Shown here: positions 60,736 through 64,000 of the stretch, one piece after another
How the letters are laid out: each line of letters begins with the position of its first letter
Numbering within the stretch: the first letter of the stretch is position 1
Origin: Candidatus Heimdallarchaeota archaeon
GTDB taxonomy: Archaea > Asgardarchaeota > Heimdallarchaeia > Hodarchaeales > Hodarchaeaceae
Length of the DNA stretch: 64,000 nt
NCBI GenBank assembly: GCA_020353515.1
Contig: CP070695.1
Span: forward strand, 2,454,966-2,518,965
Direction: 5' to 3'
Notes under the pieces: model-generated
What the model was told of the DNA's origin: nothing
What the model saw: only the letters and a program-made list of their open reading frames with translations
Database searches by the model: none
Position numbers and translations under genes: made by a program

Positions 60736-61308
60736 TTAACCTTGTTTAATATGTGGAATAATATCAGCTAATTCAGTAAACTCATCAGCTTGAGTTTTTA
60801 GCTCATGTGCTAGTAAAGGAGGATCTGATTTTTCAGTGCTTACCACATGGACATGTTTGTTACGTTTTTGAAGTTCAGAAACGCATCTGGTAAAGTCACC
60901 GTCTCCCGAAAATAGAATAGCAATATCATATTGATCTAGAGTAAGTAACATATCAACAGCGAGGTCCACATCCATATTTCCCTTGATAAAAGAATGAGAT
61001 ATCTTTTTCACTTCTTTAGTTACAACAGAGAATCCATTATGCCTCAACCAATCAATAATTTTCATAATGAAGCCTTCTGAGGGATCATATGCAGAATAAT
61101 AAAAAGCTTTGAATAAGTGCATTTCATTGGAAACGAAATAGTTTTTCAGACGTAGAAAATCAACCTTAAATCCCAAGTTTTTGGTAGCATGATATAAATT
61201 CCCTCCATCAATGAACAACGCAACCCGAGAAGTTTTAGCCTGTTCAGGAAGGGATTCTTGATAAGAGTGCTTTTTTCTACAATAAGGGCAAATACAATCA
61301 GGTTTCAT
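60736..61308 (-). CDS. NYN/LabA-DUF88 (PIN-like) nuclease-fold protein with N-terminal Cys motif
   Basis: FIDGGN, KGNMDVDLAVD, SGDGDF, ADEF. N-terminal CICPYC..H. Confidence 0.92.
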   Translation of the reverse strand: MKPDCICPYCRKKHSYQESLPEQAKTSRVALFIDGGNLYHATKNLGFKVDFLRLKNYFVSNEMHLFKAFYYSAYDPSEGFIMKIIDWLRHNGFSVVTKEVKKISHSFIKGNMDVDLAVDMLLTLDQYDIAILFSGDGDFTRCVSELQKRNKHVHVVSTEKSDPPLLAHELKTQADEFTELADIIPHIKQG

Positions 61309-61634
61309 TTGTCTCAGACATCTTCTGTCCAAAAGAGTTTTTAAAATAATTCAAGAAAAAAAATAGTGAAAAAATGCTATAGAATAACTCCAAAGGTTGT
61401 TCTGATTAAACAAATCCCAACTATTTCATTTATTCTTATTATAATAAATCAAGATTCCTTGAATAAATCTATTTCACCACGAATATGAAAGTAATTCATT
61501 TTATTTTCTTTAATATTGGCTACTTCTACAAGTCTATTACGAAATTCGTATAAATCCGGAGAATTTATTCAGATAATGTTATGATTCATCTTTCCTGAGT
61601 GGGATTAAGACACACGACTAGGGAAACTAGATAT

Positions 61635-62261
61635 TTGATCGTTCTTAAAATTGTACTTATTGGTGATGGTGGGGTCGGTAAAACGGCCATTCGTGAATCT
61701 TACCTTGGACATGGTTTTGAATCCCAATATGTGATGACTATTGGTGCCGATTTTGCCATGCAAGATGATATCGTAAATGGAAGGAAATTAAGATATCAAA
61801 TTTGGGATTTAGCAGGTCAAGACCGATTTGACGGTGTCAGAAATGTCTATTACAGGGGAGCAAAAGGTTCACTTCTCATTTTTGATGTGACGAGACCTGA
61901 TTCTTATTTCAATATCCCAAAATGGGTAAAGGAACTCTGGGGATTTAATGGACAAGGTAAAATACCTATTGTCTTAGTAGCTAACAAAATAGACTTACGA
62001 GAGTTGTCAGATGGGGAAATAATAAGTCCTGATCAAGGGAGAAAGATGGCTGAGAAACTCACCAAGCTGACCTCAAAAGAAGGATTTGCTTGTCACTACA
62101 TTGAAACATCTGCTAAAACAGGAGTTAAGATCCAAGACGCATTCTCTCTGCTTAGTGAGAATGTTATGAATCTGGCAGAAAAACGGGGCCTACTTAAACT
62201 GAAATCAAGTCGTCCGAAGTCATCTTTGGAACGACAATCAATAGTTAAACAATTACAGTAG
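61635..62261 (+). CDS. Rab-like small GTPase
   Basis: GDGGVGKT, TIGADF, WDLAGQ, NKID, ETSAK. Confidence 0.95.
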   Translation: MIVLKIVLIGDGGVGKTAIRESYLGHGFESQYVMTIGADFAMQDDIVNGRKLRYQIWDLAGQDRFDGVRNVYYRGAKGSLLIFDVTRPDSYFNIPKWVKELWGFNGQGKIPIVLVANKIDLRELSDGEIISPDQGRKMAEKLTKLTSKEGFACHYIETSAKTGVKIQDAFSLLSENVMNLAEKRGLLKLKSSRPKSSLERQSIVKQLQ

Positions 62262-62320
62262 AATTTAGTTCAATATGCTTTTCAAACCTGCAAACATTGG
62301 TTAGGGAGGATTCAACATTT

Positions 62321-63358
62321 TCAAGCGAAGAAGCGGACTCCAAGTCCAAGAGTAATTCCGATGACAACAGTTACAGTGTAGAACGAAAAAGCAAACACGC
62401 TTAAGTTCAAATGCCATGATTTCTGCTTTGTCATCCCTTTAACTTTAAGTAACCCTGTTATTCCTGTACCTATCAGTCCTATCATACTCAAGAGAGCTAT
62501 TATACCATGAAGTGAATAGAACACAGTCCCTTTGAGGGAAAATGTCTGAATTATCCAGTAAACGAAAGTTCCCATCGCAGCTATCAGATAAGCAGCTGTT
62601 AAAAAAAAATGAACCTTCCTGCTCTCAATAAAGTCAGGTAAATCCACACTATCCATCTTTCCTACCCTTCTCAGACCAGATACGATTGAAAATCCCCCTA
62701 ACAGGAATGTTATTGAAAACAAAGTCGCATGAAGAACCCAATCTTTCAATGAAGTATAACTGGCATCATCGCTCCATCCACGTGTTTCCCAGAAACCTCG
62801 GTAATTATAATCAACGATTTTTATCTCATAAACCCACATAACCCACTTGTACCCAGCATGTCCTGGAGCGACTACTCTTACAGGAAAGCCTTGATTAACT
62901 GGTAAGGTTTCACCGTTCATCTCAAATGCTAAAAGCACATCACTCTTGGTCGCTTCCTCAATAGTTAACGAGGAGGAATACCCATCCCACGCTCTGAAAA
63001 TAACATCCACAGCCCCGTCTTTAACTTGGGCCAGGTCCAATATCTCACGGACTCGTATTCCACGCCATTCCGCTGTTCCTGAATATCCCTCCACACACCT
63101 AATGGTAGCAATTTCCATTTTAGACTGTTGTGTAGTAAAATTTTCATAAGTAAACACTAAGGGGGATTGAACGTGGCCAAAAACGCTCAGTGTCCACGTG
63201 GTAACATTGATTTGAGGGGGTGGGCTAATTGAATTAGTGAAAAACTCATCGTTTGGTGTTATCTGGGTTTGTTTACTTACAATATACCCAACAGCGATCA
63301 ATGGAAGTGAAAATAGAAATATTAAGAATAGAGAATTTATGACAACCCGGTTCATCAC
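62321..63358 (-). CDS. Sulfite-oxidase-family Moco oxidoreductase fused to 4-TM His-containing domain
   Basis: CVEG Mo-ligand Cys, W.G, GFPVRVVAPG..GYKWV, GFWETRGW. Four C-terminal TMs each begin near a His. Confidence 0.88.
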   Translation of the reverse strand: MMNRVVINSLFLIFLFSLPLIAVGYIVSKQTQITPNDEFFTNSISPPPQINVTTWTLSVFGHVQSPLVFTYENFTTQQSKMEIATIRCVEGYSGTAEWRGIRVREILDLAQVKDGAVDVIFRAWDGYSSSLTIEEATKSDVLLAFEMNGETLPVNQGFPVRVVAPGHAGYKWVMWVYEIKIVDYNYRGFWETRGWSDDASYTSLKDWVLHATLFSITFLLGGFSIVSGLRRVGKMDSVDLPDFIESRKVHFFLTAAYLIAAMGTFVYWIIQTFSLKGTVFYSLHGIIALLSMIGLIGTGITGLLKVKGMTKQKSWHLNLSVFAFSFYTVTVVIGITLGLGVRFFA

Positions 63359-63535
63359 TCTGACCTCTCATTAGCGGGGGAGTCACCATTCTGACACTTC
63401 AAAGTATTTGTCATACGAGAAAAGAAACAGACGATTTTTAATTTGTTCTTATTTTGCTAAAATCATCCCCACTTGATTGCTGTATTTTCAGATTTAGTCT
63501 ATTTGCCTCTTAAATCCTCACAATTAGTTATAAGA

Positions 63536-64000
63536 TTAATAAGTATCTTTATTTTTGTTCCACCAGTCTAACCATTTAATTCGACTTGCATCGCGATTTT
63601 TCTTCTTGAGACCAGCAACAAAATACCCTCCTTTACCCAATTCCCGTTTAACCAAGTAAATCTGACCCGTATGTCCTAAGAAGTGGAAAGAAATTCTTTG
63701 AATTAATTCGTTTAGTGTTTCAGTATTTCTCTTTTCGTTATGTTCTGGTAATTCCATGAATTTTTCTTCTGATAAATTGTTTAAATAATTAATACTTGTA
63801 GTAGAGAATTCTAAGAAAGTATCGATTAGTTCTTTGTAGGTCAGAGGAAATGTTCTTTCTTTTTCTCTCTCTAATCCAGAGGTAAAATAATCTCGGAATT
63901 CCTGACTTAGCTTTCTTTCACCTAAACATAAATAATTTAAAATAGAATCCATTTACATAGTTAGGTGACCAATAATCCATCGAATTGGATTAAGCTTCGG
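63536..64000 (-). pseudogene. DinB-family protein running off the window, with in-frame TAA
   Basis: PKLNPIRWIIGHLTM*MDSIL...FHFLGHTGQI, with TAA at 63953-63955. Confidence 0.75.

Noticed and set aside
486-63149. Numerous short antisense or nested ORFs in the track (e.g. 2821-3081, 47781-48137, 49824-50159, 54853-55182)
   Set aside because: They are shadows of well-supported genes and have no recognisable motifs.
23031-63955. TAA reassignment suggested by several in-frame TAA codons (23031, 43321, 63953)
   Set aside because: TAA terminates many intact genes in the window at their expected ends. The lesions co-occur with frameshifts and deletions, which fits decay or sequencing error.
1-64000. 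tRNA/rRNA genes or riboswitches
   Set aside because: No GC-rich cloverleaf or rRNA-like segment seen by eye. A tRNAscan-SE/Infernal run would be needed to exclude them fully.

Overview
AT-rich, gene-dense archaeal DNA. The gene content points to an Asgard archaeon, probably Heimdallarchaeia/Hodarchaeales-like; this is inferred from two Rab-like small GTPases, a WD40 propeller, an LRR remnant, TrmB/Lrp regulators, PAS-rich kinases and C-terminal PGF-like sorting tails. The window is accessory/metabolic: three ABC systems, an anaerobic sulfatase maturase plus sulfatase, GNATs, a radical-SAM/DUF4130 DNA-repair pair, and a signal-transduction block. I saw no rRNA, tRNA, CRISPR array or transposase. 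The top observation is two tandem IlvC/KARI-like paralogs with complementary loss of active-site ligands, suggesting an obligate heterodimer with one composite active site inside a transporter-led operon. Other highlights: PCNA-interacting (PIP-box) tails on the rSAM/DUF4130 pair, a Moco-oxidoreductase fused to a cytochrome b561-like domain, an ~85-bp direct repeat bracketing the signalling block, a sulfatase with a microhomology-type internal deletion, and several single-lesion pseudogenes.
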